Shown: piece after piece, positions 1-12,560 of the stretch
How positions within the stretch are numbered: the first letter of the stretch is position 1
Layout of the letters: the number at the start of each line of letters is the position of its first letter
NCBI GenBank assembly: GCA_028534125.1
Contig: CM052817.1
Span: forward strand, 53,880,001 to 53,944,000
Direction: 5' to 3'
DNA from: Lama glama
Lineage: Eukaryota
DNA length: 64,000 nt
Program-made: the position numbers and the translations under genes
The notes under the pieces: model-generated
The model's input: the letters and a program-made list of their open reading frames with translations, nothing else
The model's database searches: none
Told to the model about the DNA's origin: nothing

Positions 1-614
1 TAATATGGGGATTTATCCCTTTGGGGATATTATGAATCACATCAATTGAAAAAAAAAAAGGGTGGGGTGGGGGAAGAGCTATCTAGTTCTTGACTATCCC
101 CTAGAGAAAACAATGCAGGACTGTTCTCTCTAGTGGATGGTGTGTAAGTGGAGGTTGGCTCCCACCAGCACCATCCCTGACAAAGTCAAGAGCCTTTGAC
201 TAATAAAAAACAGCTATGATGGCTTGGAAAAAAATAGATAGTCAAATCTTCTCTTTCGTTAAATGTTGGATAGCTTCAATAATCATCTTCTAATACAGAA
301 GTCCTTGACCTAATTTTCTGCAATAAACATTTGACAATTGGAGACAAACACGAGAACTAGCTCCCAGCAATCCAGTGATTCACTCTGGGCTGTTGCACAG
401 AAGAGCTGGCTCTCTGGAGTTTCTGGGACATTCACAGCTTCACTGTAACTCAACTCAGAGACGTGACACTATGGGTGACCAGTATGGATCTCACAGGTAT
501 TCTTACCAAATTCTCACCTGTGACTTCTTCAGATTGCTTTCTCAAACTCTGAAAATGCATTACTTCACATTCAGTTCAGAATTTAATCAAATGTAAAGAA
601 CCAAAATACACTGC

Positions 615-661
<47 letters not shown>

Positions 662-778
662 AATACAAGAAAGGAAGAAAAGAAAGAAAGGAGAAAAGAA
701 AGGAAAACAAAAACAATGCTATAAAAGCAAGCTAACGTAACAGTACAGCTTTAGCTCAGCTCTGTATGAGAGACTTAC
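1..778 (-). other. ADGRL3: ADGRL3 intron downstream of the 303-nt exon (partial)
   Basis: Starts with GTAAGT at 778. The expected next exon (VSTYLCLAPDG...) is not in the window. Confidence 0.9.
614..661. repeat. (CAA)16 microsatellite followed by an A-rich purine tract
   Basis: Perfect CAA repeat read directly. Confidence 0.97.
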
Positions 779-1081
779 CTATGGTTCCTGCGGGGCATGG
801 CTGCTTTGCCATCTGTCCTTGACGGGTCTTAAACCACATGATTTCTCGAGCTTCCACAGCCTCACAGCTCTCTTCCAGAGCTGGGATCTGGGATGACGCT
901 GACGGAAGGTGTGTGGTAATGTCGTCAAGCACCTCGACGGCTGGAGATGGGGTGCTGGTACTCCGGTTTCTTCTTCCTGCCACTGATGGGGTGGTACTCC
1001 TGCCTGGGCTCCAAGTAGTGGTCCGAAGGGTCGTACTGGTGGTGGTGCTTCCCATGCCAAGAGGTCCTGTGGTAGAGATTT
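779..1081 (-). CDS. ADGRL3: Internal coding exon of adhesion GPCR L3 / latrophilin-3 (Ser/Thr-rich linker and start of hormone-receptor HRM domain)
   Basis: Translation (E)ISTTGPLGMGSTTTSTTLRTTTWSPGRSTTPSVAGRRNRSTSTPSPAVEVLDDITTHLPSASSQIPALEESCEAVEAREIMWFKTRQGQMAKQPCPAGTI(G) is near-identical to human ADGRL3 as recalled. Acceptor ttttatttcag|AA at 1082/1081 and donor ATAG|gtaagt at 779/778. Length 303 nt, phase 1-1. Confidence 0.97.
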   Translation of the reverse strand, partial: KSLPQDLLAWEAPPPVRPFGPLLGAQAGVPPHQWQEEETGVPAPHLQPSRCLTTLPHTFRQRHPRSQLWKRAVRLWKLEKSCGLRPVKDRWQSSHAPQEP

Positions 1082-1987
1082 CTGAAATAAAATTCAAAAG
1101 AAAACACCTCCATTGCTTGTTCAGAGTAGGACCAAAAGATGTCCTAATACTTCAGAAGCCGTTTTCATCTGACAATTCAAGTAGCCAACATGGGAAAAAT
1201 AAGCCAATACTAAAATACCAGTGTTACTTGAGTAACAAGACAGCCACTGAGTAATGCTAATGGTAGGCTTGTTTGTGGTTCTTCTCAACTCCAGTCACAG
1301 GAAACAAAGTTACAGCACAATTCAACTCTTCAGTAAGCTTCTTAATTCTTCAGGCCTTATGACAATTAGGTGACTAAAACTTAAAACCCTCTCCTTAGGA
1401 TTTTCAAACTTGGTATAGAAAGAGACAGAGCTGTATACAATATTCTTTCCACATTAAGTATAATGTGAATCTCTACAGATGCAGCATACAGGGGAGAGGC
1501 CCCTCCCCCCCAAAAATAGAAATTGAAGTGCTCACAAGCTCAAAAATAAAGAACAATTCTGAGTATAATCTCCTTAACACAAATTAGAGTAGCTTGGTGA
1601 TTTACTCTGATGCTCTTAGAACTGACCCATCCTATGAAAACTTTCAAACTTAACATTTACCAATGTAAAGTATAAGTTATTTCCAATTAATGTGTTCATA
1701 AATTATTTCCTAACTAGATTTTTTTTAGTGGCATTTCTCCCAATGTATTCCAAGTTCCAAATAAAAGTGGTTAGGTTGCTTGACCAGATATTAACAGGTT
1801 ATTAAATCTACAGTGTATCCAAAGGAACGTCCCAACAATACTATAACAAGTCACTGCAGAGAATCCTCTCTCTGGGAAAGTTTATTTATATTCCCACCCT
1901 GGGAATGCAAGAGTTCATCAGGCCTCCACATCACATCCGCCGCAGACCTACACTGTAAGATCAGAGACTACTCTTGACCTAACTTAC

Positions 1988-2165
1988 TGGCAATACCTCT
2001 AGGGGCACTGGCTCTACTCAGATTCCAAGTAGCTCGGGTTGGAGGAAATGCAGGGAGTCCCGTGATGAGCCTCCTTTTGTCTATCATTCACAGTCTGCTT
2101 TACCATGTCATCAACCAGACTCCGCTGCCCCAGAAGAGATGCCAAATCCATCACAGCGTATTTGG
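1988..2165 (-). pseudogene. Putative degenerate (pseudo)exon paralogous to the ADGRL3 linker exon GQAHHGQVSYISPPIHLDSELERP
   Basis: Minus frame reads EAHHGTPCISSNPSYLESE*. It is followed by two same-phase GT donors (1996 and 1987) and preceded by a pyrimidine tract. Confidence 0.5.
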
Positions 2166-3779
2166 TGTATATAAAACAGGATATAGACAGCAAGGGGAAG
2201 GGTATGAGTTTTTTGAACATTCATATAATCATTGAAATTGTGGCATTTTTCTGAAGTGTTGCTATTTGCTATATTGTCTTCTTGCTTGTTCCTCTGTTTC
2301 CTCTTCCCCTCTTCTTCCTTTTTCTATGTGAATGCAATATTCATAAATACATTTACGTTTACATAAGATGACAAAAGTATCCTCTTTTTCCCCTTCTTTT
2401 TCTATATACACCATATTCCCAAATTGCCAAGTCTGGTTGATTCTGTCTCATTGTTAAAATTTTTCTCTATCTCCAAACACCACTATCTATGTTCAGCCCC
2501 CTATCATCAGTGAATGAAAACAGTGGCCTTTTAACATTCTTCCTAATAAAAGCTCAATACCAGAGAAAAATGCCAATATTGGTATTTCAATATCTATTGA
2601 GACAGATAAAATAAAAATTCAGGATTTATAAAATAAAATAATTGACACTAAGCATTTAACACAATTCAAATATAAAATTTAGCACCATATTTTAAAATAT
2701 TAGGTGAACTGATTTCTTAAAATTATAAACAGCATAAATGATTCTAATATATATTGTTTGCATATAAAATTAACAGAATGTTCCAAAAAGGAAACATAAA
2801 AATAAAGAAAATTTCAGAACTTGAAAATTAAATATTATTTATTAACATTAATTAGTATTTAAATAATATATTTTTTATTAATATTAAGCATTAGCCTTTA
2901 CATAGTGTATGTCAGTAGAGTCATTGCTGGGATATAAACCCATTTTTTTGTGCAGATTTTTCCAGCTGATGGGAAATTATCTTTGATTTCATACTACTCA
3001 GTGGAGTAGTAAGGCGATAGTTAAAAGCTATCTCCAAGTATTTCTCTGACTCCTTGAGTTTAAGTAATGCCATCTCTCATTTGTACTTTTGAAGGGAACT
3101 TTTTGAATAGCTTAAATTTTTAATGGGGACTGTAAATCTTTTCACTGATAATGAGCTATAGTTTTTGTTTCAAATAAAGCATTTTGAGTTCTTCTTTGTC
3201 CTTTAGTTTGATCATGTAAAAATGAAGATTTATAGCACTTAACTGTATTAGTTAAATAATCTCATGGTCAAATTTACTTATTCAAGAAGTTTTTGAAATA
3301 GAGTAAAAATTAATTTTAAAATAGAGGCTCCATTTTTAATTGTCTTTCTTCTCTTCTTGAGAATTATATAGGTACTAAAGAATGCTTTCTAAATAAATGC
3401 ACCTTCCTTTAGTTAGATATTTTATCTAGCATATAACGCTCAGGGAAGAGAAGAGATCTGTAATCATTTTTGTTCTGATAAAACTGCATCATCATGTGTG
3501 TGGTCCTAAGATTTGCCCGCCTGTTGTATCAATCACACAAATCATTCACAAGGAACAAAGACATAGTATCACAAGATGTTTGCTTGCTGTGATTCTAGAC
3601 TTGCCAAGTTTGAATTATGTCTTTTAGCATAGATTTGATACAACATTGTGTTCTATTTAAATGATTCAGATTTCAGATTTTAAAAGACTACAGTATCCCA
3701 CCAAAATGTATTTAACGATAGCAGCACATAATGAAAATCAATGTTCTTTATTTTTCTCTAAAATTATCCTATTCGAACC

Positions 3780-4135
3780 ATCCTCTACCTTTTGCCAGAG
3801 GCATCTCGTAGGGTATAAATTGGAAAGCGTTACTCCCCAGATTAAAATCCTTAAATGGTTTCTATCTGCCCTTCAAACAAAGGCTGGACTCCTTTTCTTC
3901 ATGCCTAGAGCCCTTATGGGTTTCTTTCTCCAGCTCATTTATAACGCTTTTCCATCTTGTATCTGTACTCTTAAATCACACAAAATTACCAGTAGTTTCC
4001 CAACTGCCCCCTGTTCTTTTGGCCTCAGGGTCTTTGCATATGCTGCAGCGGTCCTGCCCCCATTTCTACCTGGTAATTCCTATGTATTCTTTAGGGCTTA
4101 GATTGGATGCCATCTCCATCAGGGAACCTTTCCAA
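3780..4135 (+). mobile_element. L2 LINE fragment
   Basis: L2-like motifs ttaaaatccttaaatggtttctatctgccc and gcctcagggtctttgcatatgctg. Confidence 0.65.
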
Positions 4136-5807
4136 ATTTAACAAGACAGGGTTATATACTAAAGTGTGTTTTGTCAAGACTATTTCCTCAACTTTTAGCC
4201 TTGTTGTCTGACTAAGAGTTAATAAGCTCTCAGCCAAGATAGATGAATATCAGGGATAGGTCAAGGAAGCAAAGGAGAGTCCAGTTGTAAAATTTCACAG
4301 AAGATGGAAAAGGATAAATAGAAGGAAACAGCAAATGGGGCAGCTATATGTCTCCACAGTTGATGGGCTGAAAAAGTTATTTCATAAATGCATTTCACTC
4401 TACATTAAGAAAATTCAAGGAGATAATTCAAAGAGAAAATAAGCAGGGAGAATATAAAGCCTCCTCTTTCCTCAAATGACCTTATCTCAGAACAATCATA
4501 CTTAAATTGAATATACTTTTGTGAAGCAATAACACTGATAAAATATTTTTTAAAGTTCAATTTGTTATGAAATACATTACAAGGACTTGGCTTAATACAG
4601 GAACACTAATGTTAAGGGTCAGTATAGAACTTATTTCCTTGGATCTGTGCTGCAGAGAGATGTCTACAAGCAGGGTCATATCATTCCATTCGACTTTAAA
4701 CAGAATAAAAGTCAATTTTAAAAGCTGTCCCTGATCCCCCACCCCTTCCCTTCCATTTATTGCCATGTAGGACTCCCAAGGGCTCTGCTCAATGCTAGCT
4801 TTTGGCAGAATAAGCACTACTATTGATAAACGTGTTGTTACCATGCCCAGGAAAGAATCTGTCTTATTGCTAGATACTGTGAAAAAAGATCTGGATTCAC
4901 TGAAGAGTCAGAGCAACACACGTTGGCCAAGTTCCGGCCTATATCATATGCTATCAAGAGTCCGTCTCTCTCTACTTCCAGGAAGGATCTGACACTTTTC
5001 CAGTGCATACTGTTACTGAGTCTTACCTGATGATACACCTAGTTTCATAAAACTATGTGTTTTTAAGTACCTCATATGCTTGAGGTTGTGTATCAGGGAA
5101 AGGCTACTATGTAAAAGAAAATAAGTTTGAGTGATTGTTTATATAAAACACTTTAACAAAATTGTGCAATCTTCCTTATATTGTCATTCTTATAGTATTT
5201 TTATAAAAGTAACCAAAAAAGCCCTCCATGTTAACATTTTCCCCTCATAATTAACCTTATTTCCAAAAAGAAATTTTTAATTCTCCTGTCCCCTGAAATG
5301 TATTGACTATGGCTTATTTCATTGTAATGATTTGATTTATTCTGTTTAATTCTTTTGTTCAGCCTGCCTTGAAAAGAATAAATATTATTTTGAATGTTAC
5401 TACAGATTATACTCTGTGGAGGACACTAATGGAAAACAGTGAAAATAATGAACATCTGTATAGTGCTTTACATCCTGCAATGTTTTTCCTTATTTCTAGT
5501 ATTCATTGAATTCTGATTAAAAACTGTATAGAGTAATTATAACTATGAATTCATAACTTTACAAATGAGAAAACATAGGCTCAACTGGTAAGTGAATCAT
5601 AATCATACAAGTAGTAAGTAAATCAGTGCCCTCTAGTTCCATATTTCATATTTTTCATAATATGCTTTCAAAAGTGGCAGCCTGAATTATTTCAAGCATT
5701 CTACAAGTCTTCCATGACGCTTTAAGAATAGACTGAAGGAACTAAAATGATTATAATAAAACATTACTATTCTTGATCCCAAAACATTTATTATTTGGGA
5801 TTAACTT

Positions 5808-6140
5808 TGTTAACGGACTTGTTTTCCCCCAAAATTCATATGCTGAAGCCCTATTCCACATGTAACTATATTTGGAGATAGGCCTTTAAAGAGGTATTAA
5901 GATGCAATGAGTTCCTAAGGGTGGGGCCCTAATATACAGAACTGGCATCCTTGTAAGAGCAGAGATTCCAGGGAAACAGGAGCGCAGAGTACAGGCCACA
6001 TGAGGACACGGTGAGAGAGTGACCATCTTAAATTAAGGAGAGAGGCCTCAGGAAAAACCAATCCCGCTGGTACCGTGATCTTCAACGTTTGGCCATCAGA
6101 ACTGTGTTCATTCCAACATAAAACATTTTGGCTGACTACA
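5808..6140 (+). mobile_element. MaLR LTR (MLT1A-like)
   Basis: ccccaaaattcatatgctgaagcccta...tttggagataggcctttaaagagg...gggtggggccctaat...gagagaggcctcagg. Confidence 0.85.
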
Positions 6141-8424
6141 GAACATTTCCTTCTCCCCACTTTCCAAAGTATTTATTTAAATCCAAGGTCAATTATTGAT
6201 GAACTCGTCTCAAGAGCCTGACAGAGGAAATAAGAAAACCAAACGATAACTATGCTGCAAGTGGCTTTTGGCTACTTGCGCAGTGCTCTTGGTGGAATAA
6301 AGAAATTCTGCCTGACCTCCGTGGATATCAGTAGGTGGCAGAAGATCTGGTTACATCTAGTTTTTAAAAAGAAACATCAATATTACCAATCATGAAATTT
6401 TCCAATTCTTTTCAGAACCCATCTATAATACCTAGCTTTATGGTCCCTTAAAGTAGTGAAATTCCATATACTATCAGTCATGTAGAGTTACATTTATTTT
6501 TGTAATTTGATACATTATATTATCTGATTCTCTCGTAGGATATTATCCTTACTGTAAATAAAGGGAACTATCTGTTCAAATAAACATGAACTTGTAATGA
6601 CCTTATCATGTAAGATAATAAGGTAAAATGTAAGACTTTGAGGGCACCTTATTAAAATTACCTGCTACGTATTTAGCCTCTACCAAGCCAAGAATTGTGC
6701 TGTATGTTTTATATATGTGCTCTAACTTAGTATTCCTAATAAGCTTAGGGTGGCTATACTTATCTTCATTTTGGAGATGAAAGAAGTCAAATTAAGTAAT
6801 TCTCCCAAGCTTATATAGCTGGCAAGTGATAGGACAAGGATTCTAAGCCCAAGTCTATCAAAATCTCTCCCTTTCTATTAGGATGATGCTGTTGTTTAAA
6901 ATTTAGACAAAATTTAATCACAGAAACATATATGTGAAAACTCTTAGTAAACCTGGAATAATTCGTCCCCAATACTGCTCACATATACTTTAACTAGTGT
7001 TGCTATGGCCTGGACCTGTTGTGTAGTTCTTGAGTACTTATCAAGGACCTGGCACCACTTCGAGCACTCTCCTGAAGCTGGCCCATTCAATTCTGACATC
7101 AAAGCTGTACTATTAATTATCATCATTTGCAGATGGTGAAACTGAAGCACCAAGAGATTCAGTAATTTTTCAAAGGTTCAAAGTTCATAATGAGAAACAA
7201 CCCGGGCACACTTTTAACCACACTAACCCAGGTGGAATACTGAGAACCTGAACTTGACCCATGAGAAAGCTGCTGCTGTTGAGACTGGAGGAAGTAATTC
7301 GCTTTGAGCTAATTTCTGTTTATGGCATGTTTAATTCTCCTAAAGTAAGGACCCTTGAGGAGAACAAAAACAGCAACAAAAAACTATAAAATCCAGAAAA
7401 CTTAGGACCGTATTCAGCATACAAGTAGGCAATAAACAACTGGCAAACAATACTGTGAAATACAGCTGGCTTTTCGGGAGCATATATTAAGTACCTAGAA
7501 GTGTGCTAATGCTCTGCACGCATTCTTGAGGTACAGAGAGGCTAAGCGAATTTCCTAACTTCACATAGTTAAGGAGCTGGTAAAGCCAGGATTTTAATAC
7601 AGATAGTTGAGTCTAAAACCCATGTGTAATCCATATTATCTGACAAAGATTTAAAGTCATTTTTTAAAGTATCAAGTTTGGACTATATTATCTGCCTACA
7701 AAAGAGCTCATTTCTAGGAATTATAAGATTAATTCATCCCATCTATATTTCTTTATCAACTATCATATTACAGGCATAGTACTGGGAACAAAATGTGAGT
7801 ATCATTATCATGTTCCTTGGACTCATGAAGTCCTAAGAACGTTTATAGAAAAAGCTACTGAAGAAGATGGGAAATAGGAAGAGGAGAAACATACTAATAT
7901 ATTTATTCATTCAATATATATTTATTGCTGTTTGCTTTATATTACACATTGTGCCGAACAGCAGGAATTCAGAGATGAAGCAGAGTGCTGCTTCAAGAAG
8001 ATTTTAATATACTGTATTTTGGGAAGGTACAAGAGCATTAATTATTCTCTGTGCCACTTAGAAAGGAAAAAAAAATCTCTGCCAATTAAACTCTGACATG
8101 CCTTCAAGTGTTAGGAACATTTCAACTTATAAAATGTTAAAAGATGAAATCATAAGACTCTTAGAGTTGTTAAAATATCATAATATCAGAAATGTCTCCA
8201 CATAATACAGTGAGATAAATAATGGTTTAAAAGAGATGTGACTTTGGACAAATTATAACATCTCTTTGTGCTTCAGTTTTTTTTGTTTTTCACTAAATGG
8301 AGATAATAATATACATACTTATTTGAGAAAAAAAAGTGGCAATATGGATTTATAGTAGACTTAGCAAAGTAAATGACAAAGACCAACAGATTAATAAATG
8401 TTTATATCAGTACTAATATTGTTA

Positions 8425-9100
8425 GTCATTCCCTAATACATCCAAGGATTACTGATTGCTTACCATGTGCCAATTGCTATTCTAAATGTTGGGGATACAG
8501 AAATAAATAACAAAAACAACAGAAAATGAAAAGCCCTGACCTCATACAGCTTACATTTTAGTAGGATAAATGGGACAAAAATTAAAATATATAGCATATT
8601 AGATATTAAAAAGTGCTAAAGATAAGAAGAAAAAAATAAAACTGGGGAAAGTAACAGGAAATCTTGGAAGAAGGGAACTGCAATTTTTAATAGGGTGTCA
8701 GGCATTTCCATGCTGTTAAGGTGACAAGGAAGCTCTGATGGAAGTAGAGGATTCAGAGATGTGAATAACTGGGGAGCATTCCAGGTAGAAGGAACAGTAT
8801 CTGCAAAAGCCCTACTCAGTGAGATGGCCAGAGTGGCTGGAGCAACATGAGGGAAAGCCAGTATGAAGTGATATCAGAGTGATGGTGAGTGACTGGGGTG
8901 ATTGTACAATACACACAGGTATCGTGAGGACTATGGCATTTACTCTGTCTGGTGTGGGAAGCCACGTAAGGTTCTGAACAGAGAAAAGATACAGTCAGAC
9001 TTAGGTTCACCTGGGTTGCTGTGTTTAAGAGTGACTGAATGGGAGAAGAATGGAAGTAGGGAGAACAATATTTGACTATACACCTGAGGTATCAGTGGTG
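8425..9100 (-). mobile_element. L2 LINE 3' portion
   Basis: tactgattgcttaccatgtgcc...ggggatacag...cattccaggtagaaggaacag...ggccagagtggctggagca. Confidence 0.75.
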
Positions 9101-10120
9101 CTGATGACTAGAATCCTATGGATCACATACATATATACACAAGGGCACAAGGGTGTGAGGGAGGTCATGGCTTTTGAGTACATATATTATGATCCTCAGT
9201 GGCACACAGTAGACCTTCAATAACTGTTGGTGGAATTGAGCTGTTTGCTTTTTCATTTTAACAAAAGAAGTTAGCCCTTATGTAAATTCTTCTTGAGCTC
9301 CATATCAATTACTATCATTTATTCAAAATTGAAACAAACACACTGACAAATTGACTTCACCAGTATGAAAATGTTCCTGAAAATTCCTGACTTATAACCA
9401 ACAGAATTATTACTGTAAAATTTCTAGAAGTTTTGATTTATGAGGATATTAAGCAAATTTAGGTGGTGACAAAAGCACACAAACAAAAAAACTGAGGGAA
9501 TAAATTCAATTGAATCTGAGTTTACTGATTTTTCAACAACCAGTAAAACACTCAAGGAGTGTAAGGAGTTGAATTGATGACAGGATTTAGAATAATTCCT
9601 TACTCCCAGCCTCAATATTGTATTTTATTCCCTTAGTTTTGACATCATTGTTATCCAGTTACTGGAGTTATTGCCTAATATTTGCAGTGACATACGTTTT
9701 ATTATTAACTTGTGAATTGTAGTTTACCTATGAAGACAAAGTGATACCAAAATGTAAGGGATATATGTGATTTATTTGTAAGTATGAAGTTAAAATAAAT
9801 TCAAGAAAAATAAAATTATTCTCTGTATTTGGAAATGAAATACTCAAAGTGAATAGTAAAGAAGAGCTCATAATTTAAGCTCCAAGTTTTTTTTTAAGAA
9901 TGCAATTTTAGTAACTTTGATCTACTGCAGATGCTTGAAAAATACGTATGTGCTTGTCTCTGTTACATATGCACAAGCTTCTAAGAAACTGATAAAATGT
10001 AAGGCCCTATTTCAAGGTGGCTACTCTTTTTGGTTATTTGTTTTGTTGTTTGTGTTAAGAGTCTGGTAAAAAGAAGGACATTGTATTGCTTTCTAAGTAC
10101 TTCAAAATATTGCTTAAAAA

Positions 10121-10194
10121 CAAACTTAAAAAAAAATCAAAAACATACACAGTAACACAAACTTAAAAAAAAATCAAAAACATACACAGTAACA
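10121..10194. repeat. Perfect 37-bp tandem duplication
   Basis: caaacttaaaaaaaaatcaaaaacatacacagtaaca occurs twice (10121-10157, 10158-10194). Confidence 0.95.
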
Positions 10195-10690
10195 CAAATG
10201 GGAGAGCCAAACGGCTGCGAGAATGGGACTACTGGGTTCAATAAAACAGGGCTCCTCTCCTCAAGGAGTGTACAGGGTGTGCAGGCTCACTGTGGTATGA
10301 GCTGTAGAAAGTCAAATTCTGACTGTGCCCATCATCTCACTAGCACTGGTGAGGTCACTAAACATTTGATTTTTGTCATGTAATTTACATGATCTGTTGA
10401 GGCAAATGTTTTCGACTAGTCCTCAAGTTGGGAATTTAGTAATTTTTCTTTACTCAAACATGCACCAAACAATTTATTTTCTTTCTAACATCATGCCAAC
10501 CATGCCTGCTCATCACCTTCTAAATTAATAGCATAATAAAAGCCTCACCATTTTGCTTTCAACTGACGTTTTTCTTTATAAGAGGATGAGGTGATACAGT
10601 CCACAAGTAGTAATAAATGGGTCAGAGAAGCAAATTGCTTAGGAAAAATCTGCCCACAGGATAATAATTTTCAAGTTTTTCTACTAAAAG

Positions 10691-10692
<2 letters not shown>

Positions 10693-10732
<40 letters not shown>

Positions 10733-10765
10733 TATATATGTACATATACACACAAACACATGCAC
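10693..10765. repeat. Compound (TA)n/(CA)n microsatellite
   Basis: Read directly. Confidence 0.9.
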
Positions 10766-12049
10766 ATCACACATGCAGTATTTCAAATTGCTAGGAAAAT
10801 AAGTATATAAAATGCATACTGGTTATATTGAGCTCTTTTACTTCAAAAGAACTAGGTTCATTTTCAGAGACTTTGAAGGCTTCATAAAACAGTATATTTA
10901 CTGTATTAATAATACAATAAAGGACAGTGAGGTATACTGGAAAGAACATTTATTTTAGGTTCAAATGTTAGATAATCATCTACTAACTGTGTGGACTTGG
11001 GAAAAATTAATCTTCTTGAAAGTCAAAATTTCCTCATCTTTAAAACTCTGGATTTAAAAAATGTGGATTCTTATATTTATTTTGATAATATTGACATACA
11101 AAAGACATTCAGTAATAGTAACATTATTACAATCAAATGCAGGTTATTCTCAGATGCCTTTGACTCTGTTTCAGGAGAGTTACAAATGTCCATCTAAGTT
11201 AACAAGTTGAACCATTTCCTGAATTTATATAATAAGAACTGAAGTTAGACCAGCCTGAAGTAAAAGTATAAAGTTTATTTTTTTCACTTCAATCTCTGAG
11301 GGGCACTTAAAACCCCACTAGTAATCTACCCCCTGTTATCCAAACCAGCTTTGGGAAAGGTATGTGCTATTGTCACTTGTACTCCAACGGGAAATAATTT
11401 TAAAGTAAGAATAATGTAAATAAAGAGAAAAATATTTTTCAAAACAATTTTTCTGCTCTACGGTATTTCAAAACTTGAAATGAAAAAACAAATTATGGGT
11501 ATACAGAATATAAAAATTTTTTTTTTCCAAAAAATTCAATATTTAATTTTGAAAGTAAAATGGGAGGGACAGGGAAAGACAGGGACATTTTAAATCAAAA
11601 TTGAAATATATACTATGAAGAATACTAAGCCATTTTGGACTCAAAATTACGGATAGCTCACATAATTTAGGAGCCTACAAGTGAAAACAGAAGTCTATCA
11701 GTCATTTGATCTCTCAGAAGCACAGCCTAGTCTTCATATAGGAGAGTATCAAAAATTTGTATGGCAAGTTATAGACTCTTTTGGTAGCCCAGAAGCCCCA
11801 CAAAGACAGACTCTCGCTCTTTTGCTCAGAATGATCCTCAGTGCCTTCAATAGCCTGGTACATAGAGGAGGTTGCTCAATTAGTATGTGTTCAATAAAGG
11901 CACTCTAACAACAACCAGCTTGATTCATCACAAAATATTAGCATTACGACTTGCAAATTTGATCCTTGTTGAGCCAAAGGAATATTGCCTTTCTTATTCT
12001 TCACCACCAATCCCACTCTAACCTAAGCTTGTTTTATTACAATAGCCTT

Positions 12050-12560
12050 TTAAAAATTTTGTTGTTTTGAAATAAGTATAGACTCACAGGAAGTTGCAAA
12101 AATACTACAAAGAGTCTCTTCTTTCACTGTCCACCGATGGTGAGAACTTATATGACTATAGTACAATATCAAAACCAGGAAACTGGCATTGGTACATAGC
12201 TCTTAATTTGACTACAGACTTTATTTAGTTTTCCCCATTTTTAAACTTGCATTCATTTGTGTGTATGTGCGTAATTCTGTGGAATTGTTTCTTACGTGTA
12301 GATGTGCGTGACCACCACCACATGGGAGACACAAAACTGTTCTATCACTACAGCAGTACCTCTGCCACCCCTCTGTATTCATACCTACACACCCTGTTCC
12401 TATCTCCTGGCAACCTCTTCTATTCTCCACCTCTACAGTTTCATCCTTTCAAGAATGTTATGCAATTAGAATCATAAGAATGAAACCTTTAGAGATTGAC
12501 TTTTTTTCTCTGAGCATAATGCTTTTGAGGTCCATCTAGTCAGTTGCAGCTATCAATAGC
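12050..12560 (-). mobile_element. Old L1 (L1MC-like) 3' end
   Basis: tagactcacaggaagttgcaaaaata...tagtacaatatcaaaaccaggaaactggcattggtaca...cataatgcttttgaggtccatc. Confidence 0.8.

Noticed and set aside
756..1097. 113-aa ORF as a standalone gene
   Set aside because: Only 779-1081 is exonic. The ORF ends run past canonical splice sites into intron.
779..1254. Overlapping ORFs 838-1254 (+), 779-1060 (-) and 925-1113 (-)
   Set aside because: These are shadow frames of the GC-rich ADGRL3 exon with no independent support.
3661..4101. Longest non-exonic ORF (146 aa)
   Set aside because: It overlaps an L2 fragment, has no recognisable protein similarity, and I saw no splice or promoter support.
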